NCBI GenBank assembly: GCA_050298595.1
Contig: JBNKUM010000094.1
Span: forward strand, 96,001-160,000
Direction: 5' to 3'
Length of the DNA: 64,000 nt
From: Gammaproteobacteria bacterium
Lineage (GTDB): Bacteria > Pseudomonadota > Gammaproteobacteria > GCA-001735895
The notes under the pieces are model-generated. The model saw only the letters and a program-made list of their open reading frames with translations, was not told the DNA's origin and ran no database searches. Below are positions 29,001 through 38,433 of this stretch, piece after piece (within the stretch, counting starts at the first letter, position 1; each line of letters opens with the position of its first letter). Made by a program: the position numbers and the translations under genes.

Positions 29001-29738
29001 GCCAAAAGCATCGGCAGTCCCATCATTTCTGATTTCTATTTTTCTACCCTTCTCTCCTGCTTCGAGAACTCCAACGATATCACCTTTATCATCATCCCAT
29101 TCGTAATAGGTTGCAGGGTAAAGAGTGTCATCCTCCCATACGACATTGCTCTCATCCCAATCAGCGCCTACACCCACCTTGAAATTAATTGGAGCGGTAA
29201 GATTGATTGTGCCTGCACTCGGTTTATTAGGATCGAGCATGACTTGTGTGGCATCTGTAACATAATTATACAGTGGAGTGCCATCACTGTTGGATCCAGG
29301 CCAGGGTTTATAGTCAATCGCTGGGTTGTAATAAATTGCGTTTCCATGATGTGTTCGGGCTACCCAGGCGAGATCCCAGACTGTGGTAGAAGGAACAGTG
29401 AATTCGTACTCGTTCAGCGCTGTGGATTTCCCGTCTCTGCCATTGGCATAGTCGGGAATAACGTAACGTTTTTCTATGTAGCTAGTGTCCGTACTTTTTC
29501 TGTACTTTGGGTCTCCGTCATTGGTTTCAATGCCGGCAATTCCATTTCTCATCAGTGTTTCGAACTCCATACTTCCTGAGTCATCGATAATATAGAATAT
29601 ATTAGGCTCAACAGAATTGGATAGATATAGAGGTGAACTCGGTAGCGTGCCAAGTGGCGCAGCAGATGACATGGATGGCAAAAAAGTCAAGCAGGCAATG
29701 AGAAGGGACTGCGTAAATTGGATAAATTTGATGTCCAT
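26088..29738 (-). CDS. pilY1: PilY1 pilus adhesin
   Basis: Signal peptide, vWA-like DDSGSM, LGDIVNS, VGANDGFLHAF, Ca-binding DTDGNGTVD; start at ATG 29738 with GAGG RBS. Confidence 0.95.
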   Translation of the reverse strand: MDIKFIQFTQSLLIACLTFLPSMSSAAPLGTLPSSPLYLSNSVEPNIFYIIDDSGSMEFETLMRNGIAGIETNDGDPKYRKSTDTSYIEKRYVIPDYANGRDGKSTALNEYEFTVPSTTVWDLAWVARTHHGNAIYYNPAIDYKPWPGSNSDGTPLYNYVTDATQVMLDPNKPSAGTINLTAPINFKVGVGADWDESNVVWEDDTLYPATYYEWDDDKGDIVGVLEAGEKGRKIEIRNDGTADAFGAGTYPSGRTYAQEILNFANWYQYHRKRSYVAKNAIGHTILNTDNVRSGYSAFNGYYTPPGNFSTYTVKSLSNPADKLELLKNMYGHEILCGRGKDKDGGSNYPYPNTCKGTPGREALIKIGKLFEGTLDSAVDQQYPSPIQSAADGGSCQQNFDIFLSDGYWNSLNDTGEASLTETYGNADKDDDGTQVDGFDGGRYADNYSVTLADIAMYYYEHDLSGLPNIVPTISGVDEATHQHLVTYTIALGLKGTLTTHPSTTDTTFAWPDASTSTKDERRVDDLEHAAYNSRGKYLDASNPAQLQTALSDAIEDIASRTAIGAAVAVNSGRLTTNSVVYVARFNSNRWQGSLAAYPIGNTTLGTLADEPNWRAEEKLNARPYTNDPAIAAYRNIITHNGTTGVPFKWSTANLSAEMQADLRTNPLGGTDSDAIASARLEYLRGDRSSETSQGFRSRLSLLGDIVNSGPVFVGKSDLAWPDTAPFPSASGSRYSDFKNGLSNTRAKTVYVGANDGFLHAFDDTSASTWGKEIFAYAPNILASSTINKGYHYLTDPGYVHQWYVDLTPTISDVYLTTGFGNGWHTVLIGGLRGGGRGLFALDITNPANLTESNANKVAMWEFSSSNDNDLGYSYSRPAIAMANNGRWYAIFGNGYNDQGSGQAKLFILDIEAGVDGWAAGDYIEITTGVGDANNRNGLASPALIDTDGNGTVDRVYAGDLRGNMWAFDMSSASTSQWGVAYKAGQDPKPLFTAEAGQPITTKPVIAKHPTIPYSSSPSNAPNMMVYFGTGQYLVNADIATTTTQSFYGVWDNGDSGLNRTDDLIAQTIETSASGDTRFISRNAVDYSTKMGWYFNLTDSGERAVTNPIARGGAVFFNTFIPAASNACSSGGHGWQLAVDMTTGGSPLEAVIDYTKNGVVDQNDLVNGRAVAGIKQAGYQPEPTFIEDLKYDADVPTKVKELPDVPEGRFSWQELIK

Positions 29739-29757
29739 GATGGTTTCCTCGATTGAT

Positions 29758-30288
29758 TCAAAAAGCCTTGCCGTAGTAAGACTGAAGCATTCGCGCAGAG
29801 CGGTCTGATTGACCGAATCCGCGTGAAGTTGTTCTGAAGTTGGATACGGTAAATCCCGGTTGCTGTGTTCCGTATCCACCAATGTTGACCTTGGCGACTT
29901 CATTTTGCGAACGGTCGCCAAGGTATTTGATGATGAATTTGGGGTTGGTATAGACATTTGCTAAGGTTGCAGAGGATGTTTGCGAGTTATCACTACCCCA
30001 GCTGTCTGCTTTGAAGTAATCCGGGTCCAGAGTGTTTTCTGCGTATAAGCCATTTGTGTCATCAAAGTCATTCTTTGAAATGGTTGATCCGAGGACGCTT
30101 TCTGCAGAGATTAACCCCAATTCGGCTGATTGAAACGCGATGTCCGCATCGCGCATGTTACCGGCCATGGCAATTTCTGTTTGTGTGCCTTGAATGCTGC
30201 TTAACCCCAGCATGGTCAGAATAATTAAAATGACCATGCTCATGATTAGGGTAAAACCATTTTGCCTTTTATCTGTTGATAATTTCAT
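29758..30288 (-). CDS. pilX: Minor pilin PilX
   Basis: NG/FTLIMSMVIL without E5; AFQSAE.GL. Confidence 0.9.
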   Translation of the reverse strand: MKLSTDKRQNGFTLIMSMVILIILTMLGLSSIQGTQTEIAMAGNMRDADIAFQSAELGLISAESVLGSTISKNDFDDTNGLYAENTLDPDYFKADSWGSDNSQTSSATLANVYTNPKFIIKYLGDRSQNEVAKVNIGGYGTQQPGFTVSNFRTTSRGFGQSDRSARMLQSYYGKAF

Positions 30289-30300
30289 TTTTCTAACTCA

Positions 30301-31296
30301 TTACCGTTTATTGCGTAACGCAATGGTGGTTGTAAATACCTGTCTTAATCGATTGTCAGTCGAGCTTAATGTCTGTCCATTAAAAAAGTAGCTCTGGGAG
30401 CCCTCGATGAAGGCGCTCTCGGGTGATCTTAAAAGTAACATGATGCGGATTGCAGTGACTTTATCCCAATCGGTTACACCGGTACTGTTAAAGTACTGAT
30501 TGGGTGTGCCATCGGAATCGCTATCGACGCCATACAGGATTTGCAGTTGTTCCACACCGTCGACGAGTTCGCTATTTGTTGCGAACACAGATCGGAACAG
30601 AGCCGGTTCTCCACTTTCGCCTGTTGCAATTGAGTAGGTTACGGTTTGCATCTTGAGGAGTGCAGAATCTCCACCGTATGTTTGTGACAGGCAATGTCCA
30701 CTTTGACAGGCATCGGGGTTGTAGTTACCGGGGGCAGTGCTATCTCCCGAATTATGGACAACAGAGATCTTGTTTGCTACATCACTCGGTGTAGCGTTGG
30801 TTACCTGGAAGATATCGGCACCGCGACAATTGCTTAATAAAACGATATCACCGCTTTTAACAAAACCGGTTACATTGATGAAAATCTGGGCAGATGTGGG
30901 TGAGTTATATGGTGTTAAAACGTTGGCCTGCCCTGGAGCCGCCCCTCGTATTACTAAGGTGTCAGAGCCGTTTAATCCGTCGTTTTCGGTGCCTTTGATA
31001 TCTGGCTGCCCGAAAAAATCATGCATGCTTTGATTATACCCTTCTCCCTCGGGGTTAAGATTGTTGACGAATTTTGTAGTTGCGCAGCCCCTAAAACCAG
31101 CCATTCGAATATCCTGGGTCATCTTTTCAATGGCAAAACGGCCATTCTCCTGAACCCTGGAGACGCCTTCGGAAAAACGATACGTGGCTTTGTTCGCTAC
31201 TAATACCTGTATCATGCCTCCGAGCAAAAACAGGCTGATTACCAGAGCAACCAGAATTTCAACAAGAGATAGGCCAAGTTGTTTGCGTATTCTCAT
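30301..31296 (-). CDS. pilW: Minor pilin PilW
   Basis: LG/LSLVEILVAL, QENGRFA, DIRMAG, QILYGVD, TIALRN. Confidence 0.92.
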   Translation of the reverse strand: MRIRKQLGLSLVEILVALVISLFLLGGMIQVLVANKATYRFSEGVSRVQENGRFAIEKMTQDIRMAGFRGCATTKFVNNLNPEGEGYNQSMHDFFGQPDIKGTENDGLNGSDTLVIRGAAPGQANVLTPYNSPTSAQIFINVTGFVKSGDIVLLSNCRGADIFQVTNATPSDVANKISVVHNSGDSTAPGNYNPDACQSGHCLSQTYGGDSALLKMQTVTYSIATGESGEPALFRSVFATNSELVDGVEQLQILYGVDSDSDGTPNQYFNSTGVTDWDKVTAIRIMLLLRSPESAFIEGSQSYFFNGQTLSSTDNRLRQVFTTTIALRNKR

Positions 31297-31781
31297 GGCA
31301 ATATCCCCATAGTTATGGTGTAACATGTCAGGTCGACGTTAGGATTTGCGCCACATGCAGTACCCGTAGCGCCGGTACCCTCGTCATCCCACATGACGAC
31401 CACATCTAATTGGCCATCAATGCCATCGGTTGCGCGAATTAATCCGCGCCCTGACGGAAGTGCAGAGAGTGCCTTGGACCAGTCTGTTGCATCGGCAGTA
31501 ATTAGATCTGATGTGGAGCAAGAAGTGCTGGTGCAATCCTTGTTATATCCGGTGTCGGTGTCAATTCCAATATAGTCATTAATTGCTGATTCGTTGGAAC
31601 GAATTCTATCAGCCATGTCGTAGGCGTTGAGCACAGCCTGGCTATGCCACAGAGCACTGGAATTCTGCTGAACTGAATTTATTTGCAGTGCAGCAATGCC
31701 CAGTAGACCGATTGATATGACCAATAAAGCAATCATGGACTCAATCAAGGTCACACCAGTTTGTTTTTGCTGTGTGGTCAT
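31293..31781 (-). CDS. pilV: Minor pilin PilV
   Basis: TG/VTLIESMIAL, GLLGIAALQ, DMADRIRSN. Confidence 0.92.
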   Translation of the reverse strand: MTTQQKQTGVTLIESMIALLVISIGLLGIAALQINSVQQNSSALWHSQAVLNAYDMADRIRSNESAINDYIGIDTDTGYNKDCTSTSCSTSDLITADATDWSKALSALPSGRGLIRATDGIDGQLDVVVMWDDEGTGATGTACGANPNVDLTCYTITMGILP

Positions 31782-32290
31782 GAGCATGAAACGGTTCCTC
31801 CCAAACGAATACGGCCGGTATTGGAAATCGATATGGCTTTGCCTTTACTAGCTCCTCGGTCATCGCAAATGGAAAATGTAGAGCTAGAATTGGGTGAAAA
31901 CCCCCTGTTATCGTAAATGATTGTAGAACCACCGGAGCTTACTAGTGTGGTCCCGCCAGTAAGTGCTTCGTGCACTTTGATTATTTCGTCGCCATCACTT
32001 AAAGAATCATTCGCGTCCTTATCCACAAATATAATCCAGCCATCTTTCCAATTTCCACTACAAGTAGAACCAGAGCTGCTGGAACAGACGATCACCTGAC
32101 TGTTACGTGTGACAGACTCGTTTCGTGCAAATTGTAAATGACTATTTAATGAATTGATTTGAGAAGTCAGTCGTTCGTTTTTTATAAAGTCTGACATATT
32201 AGGTAACCCGATAAGGAGCAATATGCCGACGATAGCAATTGTTACCATCAGTTCAATCAATGAGAAAGCTTGTTGTCGGAATGTTTTCAT
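31778..32290 (-). CDS. fimT: Minor pilin FimT/FimU (GspH-like)
   Basis: QA/FSLIELMVTI, ARNES, W..GWIIF.D. Confidence 0.85.
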   Translation of the reverse strand: MKTFRQQAFSLIELMVTIAIVGILLLIGLPNMSDFIKNERLTSQINSLNSHLQFARNESVTRNSQVIVCSSSSGSTCSGNWKDGWIIFVDKDANDSLSDGDEIIKVHEALTGGTTLVSSGGSTIIYDNRGFSPNSSSTFSICDDRGASKGKAISISNTGRIRLGGTVSCS

Positions 32291-32341
32291 ATTTGTATCC
32301 TAGGTTACTGGTAATAAATTGCATCAAGCTGTAGATGGGTA

Positions 32342-33472
32342 TCAGGTTTGTACGGATGAACGGTCATACGCCTGAATATTAACGTGATCTACGTCTGCTG
32401 GTGCGTAATGCTGTTGTGTCAGACTGGACTCTTGTTGGGTCATGGTTTCGACTAACAAACGGGCTGAGGCCGGGGCCATGACAACGCCATTTCGATAGTG
32501 GCCGCTATTGATAAAAAGGTTTGCGAGTTCAGGGTGTTGCCCAATAACAGGAATACCATCTGAGGATGAGGGGCGTAGGCCCGCCCAGTGTCGCTCTATT
32601 TCATATCGTTTTAGCTCGGGTATGGTTGATATGGCGTAATCGTATAATTCCTGCTTTACCGGGACGGTAGTTTTTTTGTCGAATCCAGCATCCTCGGTGG
32701 TACTCCCTACCAGTATGCGCCCATCTTTTCTTGGAATGATGTAATGATCATCTGACAGGGTGATATGTCTAACAGCATCGGGTTCGCCTTTGAGTAATAG
32801 CATCTGGCCTTTTATGGGTTTAACCGTTCTGTCGATGGGGTGTTTATCTATGATACTTGATGTCCAGGCGCCACCAGCAACTACTACGGCATCTGCGTCA
32901 TAAGTGGCCTGTTGTGTTTTAACACCAGTGATCTTGCCAGTTTTGGTGAGGATTTCGTCGACGGGCTGATTTTCGATCAGGCGGATATCGCAGAGCTTTA
33001 AATAGGTTAAGGCCAAAGCGACTAATCGTGGGTTACGCACCTGATGCACCTGTGGGAACCAGTAACCATTTTGATAGACGTCAGATAGCTCTGGAGCAAG
33101 CTGACTCAATTCTGTCTTATCTACAAGTTGCATATTGATCTGGGTGCGTTGAGCCCATTCATAGGGGTGTTCAGAGTCATAATCGCCGACAACTAACATA
33201 CCACTAGGCAGAAACTCGGCCTCAAGACCGGTAGCCTGTTGCATTTCATCTATGATGTCGGGGTAAAGCTGCTGACTGATGCGAGCCAGATCAGTAATTT
33301 CGTCAGGATAACGCCAGGGAAACAGGGGGGAAACAATTCCTCCACCAGCCCAGGAAGATTCCTGACCAAATTGTTGTCGGTCTATGACGGTGACTTCAAA
33401 GCCGTTTTTGTGCAACTCATACGCGCTTAATAAGCCGATGATTCCTCCACCGACGATAATTACTTTTTTCAT
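32342..33472 (-). CDS. thiO: Glycine oxidase ThiO
   Basis: GGGIIG, SWAGGGI, KGQM, WAGLRP, GHYRNG; divergent from thiS-thiG. Confidence 0.9.
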   Translation of the reverse strand: MKKVIIVGGGIIGLLSAYELHKNGFEVTVIDRQQFGQESSWAGGGIVSPLFPWRYPDEITDLARISQQLYPDIIDEMQQATGLEAEFLPSGMLVVGDYDSEHPYEWAQRTQINMQLVDKTELSQLAPELSDVYQNGYWFPQVHQVRNPRLVALALTYLKLCDIRLIENQPVDEILTKTGKITGVKTQQATYDADAVVVAGGAWTSSIIDKHPIDRTVKPIKGQMLLLKGEPDAVRHITLSDDHYIIPRKDGRILVGSTTEDAGFDKKTTVPVKQELYDYAISTIPELKRYEIERHWAGLRPSSSDGIPVIGQHPELANLFINSGHYRNGVVMAPASARLLVETMTQQESSLTQQHYAPADVDHVNIQAYDRSSVQT

Positions 33473-33563
33473 TTATTTGTACTGATTATTTAAGGGTGAA
33501 TCTGCGCTCACATCATATCGCTTTTGGTGTAAAATCGCACACCGGTTTAATCGAGGTCAGTTA

Positions 33564-33764
33564 ATGCAGATCATAATTAATGGCGAAGACCATACATTAA
33601 ATGATGGCATCTTGCTTTCTACATTGTTAACTCAGCTAGAGATTTCAGGCAAACGCATTGCAGTAGAAATCAATGAATCCATCGTGCCTAAAAGTCAGCA
33701 CGATGCTACGGTTATCCAGCAGGGTGACAAAATCGAAATTATTCATGCAATTGGAGGAGGCTAA
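33564..33764 (+). CDS. thiS: Sulfur carrier ThiS
   Basis: 66 aa, AVEIN..IVP, C-terminal GG. Confidence 0.95.
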   Translation: MQIIINGEDHTLNDGILLSTLLTQLEISGKRIAVEINESIVPKSQHDATVIQQGDKIEIIHAIGGG

Positions 33765-34553
33765 GTGGCCGGTTCAAAAGACATTTTAACGATAGCAGGT
33801 AAGCAGTATCACTCACGTTTACTGGTGGGTTCCGGAAAATATAAAGATCTGGAAGAAACCCGGCTGGCGACTGAAGCCAGTGAGGCTGAGATCATTACCG
33901 TAGCAATACGTCGAACCAATATTGGCCAGAATGCTGATGAGCCTAATTTGCTGGATGTGGTGCCACCTGATCGCTATACCATCTTACCCAACACAGCAGG
34001 TTGTTTTAATGCCAAAGATGCTGTGCGTACCTGTCAGCTTGCGCGCGAATTACTGGATGGTCACAACCTGGTCAAACTTGAAGTATTAGCCGATCAAAAG
34101 ACACTGTTTCCCCATGTTCTGGATACCTTGAAAGCGGCTGAGACGCTGGTAGCGGATGGTTTTGATGTTATGGTTTATACCAATGATGACCCCATCATCG
34201 CAAAATTACTGGAAGAGATTGGTTGTGTTGCAGTAATGCCATTGGCTGCACCGATAGGTTCTGGTCTGGGTATTCGAAACCCCTACAATATTCTGGAAAT
34301 TATCGAAAATGCCAATGTGCCTGTGATTGTTGATGCGGGTGTGGGTACGGCATCAGATGCTGCAATTGCGATGGAGCTGGGTTGTGATGGTGTATTAATG
34401 AATACCGCCATAGCAGCAGCAAAAGATCCTGTGTTAATGGCGTCGGCTATGAAAAAAGGTATTCAGGCAGGACGCGAAGCATTCCTTGCTGGGCGTATGC
34501 CAAAGAAGCGCTATGCATCGGCTTCTTCGCCCATTGAAGGCATTATTTCCTAA
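33765..34553 (+). CDS. thiG: Thiazole synthase ThiG
   Basis: [28 protein letters not shown]. Confidence 0.98.
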   Translation: MAGSKDILTIAGKQYHSRLLVGSGKYKDLEETRLATEASEAEIITVAIRRTNIGQNADEPNLLDVVPPDRYTILPNTAGCFNAKDAVRTCQLARELLDGHNLVKLEVLADQKTLFPHVLDTLKAAETLVADGFDVMVYTNDDPIIAKLLEEIGCVAVMPLAAPIGSGLGIRNPYNILEIIENANVPVIVDAGVGTASDAAIAMELGCDGVLMNTAIAAAKDPVLMASAMKKGIQAGREAFLAGRMPKKRYASASSPIEGIIS

Positions 34554-34567
34554 ACTAATTACGTTGT

Positions 34568-35275
34568 ATGAATTTAGATGATCAGGAGACGCTAAAAAAG
34601 CGTTCAATCAGAAGTTTTGTTAAGCGTACTGGCCGCCTAACCAGCGGGCAGGAGTTTGCGCTAACGGAATATTGGCCGCTGTATGGGATTGATTATAAAC
34701 CTCAGGCGCAGATAGATATTCAACGGCTTTTTCCAGGCCTGAATCGCTTGAAGCTGGAGATCGGTTTCGGTAATGGTGACTCTCTGGTGCAGATGGCGGT
34801 AGCCGATCCAGATTCGGCCTATATCGGCATCGAAGTGCATGAGCCTGGTGTCGGTCATTGTCTGAAACTGATTCATGAGCAAAGTATTCCTAACTTAAAA
34901 CTGATGACGCATGATGCGATTGAGGTTTTGCAAAATATGATGCCTGAGCAATGTCTTGAACGCGTATTTCTGTTTTTCCCCGATCCCTGGCATAAGAAAA
35001 GGCATCACAAGCGGCGTATTGTAAATCAGCAGTTTCGCGATTTATTGTTCCGCTCATTAAAGCCTGAAGGCGTTTTACATATGGCGACTGACTGGCAGGA
35101 GTATGCTAAGCATATGGCGGCAGATCTATTCTCAGATTCTCGCTTTAAAAATCTTGGTGATGCTCAGGGGTATTGCGCTAAACCCGATTATCGACCTGTG
35201 ACCCGGTTCGAACGCCGTGGACACCGTCTGGGGCATGGTGTGTGGGACTTAATGTTTCAGAAACTTCCGAATTAA
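34568..35275 (+). CDS. trmB: tRNA (guanine-N7)-methyltransferase
   Basis: LEIGFGNG, FPDPWHKKRHHKRR, ATDW. Confidence 0.97.
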   Translation: MNLDDQETLKKRSIRSFVKRTGRLTSGQEFALTEYWPLYGIDYKPQAQIDIQRLFPGLNRLKLEIGFGNGDSLVQMAVADPDSAYIGIEVHEPGVGHCLKLIHEQSIPNLKLMTHDAIEVLQNMMPEQCLERVFLFFPDPWHKKRHHKRRIVNQQFRDLLFRSLKPEGVLHMATDWQEYAKHMAADLFSDSRFKNLGDAQGYCAKPDYRPVTRFERRGHRLGHGVWDLMFQKLPN

Positions 35276-35278
35276 AAT

Positions 35279-36187
35279 CTAATTTTTAGAAGTTAAGTTT
35301 CTGAGCGATTGTACAAAGGCTTCGGCTACAGGGTTGTTGATGTTGGCACGGTTACGCGCAATCCATAGCGTGATGATTATTTTGAGTGGTTCGACCCTGA
35401 TTTGTTGTAACTGATGATTGGCTAGTGCATCGGCTACAGCAAATCTGGGTAGAAAACTCATATGCCTTCCTCGGTTGAGTATCTCAACAATCGTGTCGGT
35501 TGACCCTACCTCAAGCGAAATATCCAGACTTGCAATCCCTGCGTCCTGCAAAACTTGATCAAGAATTCTACGTATAGATGAATTGGTCTCGCGTAGCACA
35601 AATTTCTGTTCATTCAATTGTTGTAGAGAAATACTGTCATACCCACTGAGTGCATGATTGGGTGCGCACACCAGGATTAACTCATCATCAATCCATTTCT
35701 GTACCAGAATGTCAGGGTGGTCTGGTGCCAGTTCCAGTAAAGCCAGATCGACCAGGCCGGTTGCCAGTCGGGTTTGAATCCTGCGTGAATACCCCATGCG
35801 ACTTTGAATCTGATATTCAGGGAAGTTGTCAGAAAAGCTAAGCAGCAGCTCTGGAAGCAGGTGTTCGCCAATAGCAAAAGTAACTTCCAGGCGTAACTTG
35901 TTCTTTCCCTGAGTCAGGCTCTGCAGATCCTCCAGCAGTGTTGTCTGGTGGTCGAGAGCCAAGCGAGCAAATGCATATACCCGGTCTCCGGCTGCAGTCA
36001 GTTCCAGTTTGCGACCTTTGCGCAGCATTAAAGAGGTGCCGTAGCATTCATCCAGAGCACGCAAACGTTTGGTCACGGCTGGTTGACCAATGTGTAAAAA
36101 ATGAGCCGCCTGTTCGGTGCCGCCCAGTTCAACAACAGCACGTAATGCTGCCAGGCCTTTTAAGTCAGGTAGGTTTCTATATTCCAT
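35279..36187 (-). CDS. LysR-family regulator (CysL/YeiE-like)
   Basis: HTH GQPAVTKRLRAL, RE..SSIR in the effector domain. Confidence 0.9.
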   Translation of the reverse strand: MEYRNLPDLKGLAALRAVVELGGTEQAAHFLHIGQPAVTKRLRALDECYGTSLMLRKGRKLELTAAGDRVYAFARLALDHQTTLLEDLQSLTQGKNKLRLEVTFAIGEHLLPELLLSFSDNFPEYQIQSRMGYSRRIQTRLATGLVDLALLELAPDHPDILVQKWIDDELILVCAPNHALSGYDSISLQQLNEQKFVLRETNSSIRRILDQVLQDAGIASLDISLEVGSTDTIVEILNRGRHMSFLPRFAVADALANHQLQQIRVEPLKIIITLWIARNRANINNPVAEAFVQSLRNLTSKN

Positions 36188-36197
36188 ATTGGAATAT
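36179..36197. promoter_or_regulatory. LysR-type palindromic box over the regulator start codon
   Basis: ATATTCCA-TAT-TGGAATAT, contains T-N11-A. Confidence 0.55.
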
Positions 36198-36413
36198 TAA
36201 TGTATTCTATATCATTTGATGTTTCCACTAATAATATTCATGATTTCTAAGTTTTTTTGGATAGTAAAAATATAGTTAGATATATTCCTTTTGGACGTTT
36301 TACATTCTCTGCCAGGAATGGTCTCATATATAAATAAAACAGACGCACAGAGTGTGCAGGCAAAATCTCCGGATTGGTTTTGCTGATAAGTTTGTAACAA
36401 CTGAGGTAAATAA

Positions 36414-38420
36414 ATGAATGCATCAACACAGTCTGTTGCGTCCTCTTCAGACAGTACTTCATCATCATCTGTAACTTCCTACTTTTCACCTAAACAGATA
36501 ATTGCCGCTTTAGTGTTTGCACTACTGGGGGGGTATCTCGCGACTGTTGTGCCTTCTGTGCAGATTGCCTGGGTCACTGGCATCCTGATGCTAACCATTT
36601 ATCTTTTTGCCTTTGAGGTTGTTGGTGTTGACGTGGCGGCTGCGTCGATCATGGTTTTGTTGGGATTAACCTCATTATTAGCACCCTATATGGGGTTGGA
36701 GCAGGGCCTGGTTGATACCAACCATCTTTTTGATGGCTTCAGTTCCAATGCGGTTATGTCGATTATTGCCGTCATGATTATCGGATCTGGTCTGGATCGA
36801 ACCGGTTTAATGAGTAAGGTGGCGTCCTTTATTCTAAGAATTGGGGGAACAACTGAGACGCGAATAATCCCTATCATCTCAGGTACAGTCGGAATCATTT
36901 CTTCATTTATGCAAAATGTGGGCGCAGCAGCGTTATTTCTGCCAGTGGTGAGCCGGATTTCATCGCGTTCGGGACTGCCTATGTCACGTCTGCTGATGCC
37001 TATGGGGTTTACTGCAATCCTTGGGGGTACGGTCACAATGGTTGGTTCCAGCCCTTTGATTTTGTTGAACGATTTAATTCTTACTTCCAATAAAGCATTG
37101 CCAGATGAACACCAGATGGAAACCTGGGGCCTGTTTTCGGTTACGCCGGTCGGGCTGGCATTGGTGGTGACGGGTATCATTTATTTTGTGCTGGCTGGTC
37201 GTTTTGTTTTACCGGTTAGCAAGTCAGAGAAAGGCAAGTCTTCTGATCCAATGAAATATTTTCGCGAGGTCTACAATATTGAGTACTCCCTGTACGAAGT
37301 CGTGGTTCCCGATACCAGTAAATTGATCGGCCAGAAACTGGATGATGTTGAAACCAAATATCGTATTCGTATTATTGCAAACAAGATAGGTGGACAGGAA
37401 AGTCAGGTGGGGCCAGGTACCCTGGCGCGTGATACCGAGTTTCAGCCGGGTATGGTACTGGGTGTTGTGGCGGCACCAGGACATCTTGAGCACTTTGTTG
37501 AAAAATATCAGCTACTCAAACGCGATTCGTTAAGAACATTTGTGGAAGTTTTATCCACTGCCAAGGCAGGTATCGCAGAAGTAGTTATTCCCCCAGGCTC
37601 TAATCTGGTAGGAAAGTCAGCGCGCGATGTCTGGATGCGTAAAACCTATGGTCTGGCACTGGTTGCCCTGCATCGAAATGGGGAAACGCTACGTGAAGGG
37701 GATTATATCCGAGACATGCCTTTTAATGCGGGTGATACACTGGTCGTGCATACCACCTGGTTATCACTTGAACGACTGAGCCATGACCGAAATTTTGTGG
37801 TGGTAACCACCGAATACCCACACGAAGAAAAGCTGCGTCCAGAAAAATTAAAGTGGGCAGGCCTGTTTTTTTCCATCGCGCTAGGACTCGTTTTATTTTC
37901 TGATCTCCGCCTGTCGATTGCACTGTTAACCGGTGCCATCGGAATGGTGTTATCGGGGGTGTTGAAGATTGAAGAAGCCTATGAGGCGGTGAGCTGGAAA
38001 ACGGTTTTTCTGCTGGCTTCATTAATCCCGCTGGGGCTGGCTGTTGAAACCAGTGGAACAGCTAAATGGATTGCTGAACAGGTGCTTTATGTGGTCGGCG
38101 ATGCATCAATTTGGGTCATCCAGTTATCAGTGGCGGCACTGGCGACATTTTTTACACTGGTCATGTCTAATGTCGGGGCGACGGTTTTACTGGTGCCATT
38201 GGCGGTAAATATAGCGATAGGCGTGGGTGCCAGCCCAGCATTGTTTGCTTTAACAGTCGCTATTGCTACTTCCAATTCTTTTATCATACCAACTCATCAG
38301 GTTAATGCATTGATCATGGGGCCTGCAGGGTATAGAGTCCCTGATTTTATGAAAGCAGGAGGCATCATGACCGTGCTATTTTTAATTGTAATGATGCTGA
38401 TGATGGGTTTGATTTTTTAG
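36414..38420 (+). CDS. SLC13/CitMHS-family permease with TrkA-C domains
   Basis: SSFMQNVGA, GGTVTMVGSSP, two TrkA-C-like soluble domains, MSNVGAT, PTHQVN. Confidence 0.9.
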   Translation: MNASTQSVASSSDSTSSSSVTSYFSPKQIIAALVFALLGGYLATVVPSVQIAWVTGILMLTIYLFAFEVVGVDVAAASIMVLLGLTSLLAPYMGLEQGLVDTNHLFDGFSSNAVMSIIAVMIIGSGLDRTGLMSKVASFILRIGGTTETRIIPIISGTVGIISSFMQNVGAAALFLPVVSRISSRSGLPMSRLLMPMGFTAILGGTVTMVGSSPLILLNDLILTSNKALPDEHQMETWGLFSVTPVGLALVVTGIIYFVLAGRFVLPVSKSEKGKSSDPMKYFREVYNIEYSLYEVVVPDTSKLIGQKLDDVETKYRIRIIANKIGGQESQVGPGTLARDTEFQPGMVLGVVAAPGHLEHFVEKYQLLKRDSLRTFVEVLSTAKAGIAEVVIPPGSNLVGKSARDVWMRKTYGLALVALHRNGETLREGDYIRDMPFNAGDTLVVHTTWLSLERLSHDRNFVVVTTEYPHEEKLRPEKLKWAGLFFSIALGLVLFSDLRLSIALLTGAIGMVLSGVLKIEEAYEAVSWKTVFLLASLIPLGLAVETSGTAKWIAEQVLYVVGDASIWVIQLSVAALATFFTLVMSNVGATVLLVPLAVNIAIGVGASPALFALTVAIATSNSFIIPTHQVNALIMGPAGYRVPDFMKAGGIMTVLFLIVMMLMMGLIF

Positions 38421-38433
38421 GTTTCAGATTTGT

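Noticed and set aside
24244-29957. Long N-terminal extensions called for TusA, the PP-loop enzyme and PilY1
   Set aside because: They overlap upstream genes; internal ATGs at 24243, 25291 and 29738 fit family lengths better
31778-33472. thiO directly upstream of the fimT-pilVWXY1E operon
   Set aside because: Arrangement already known from Pseudomonas and other gammaproteobacteria
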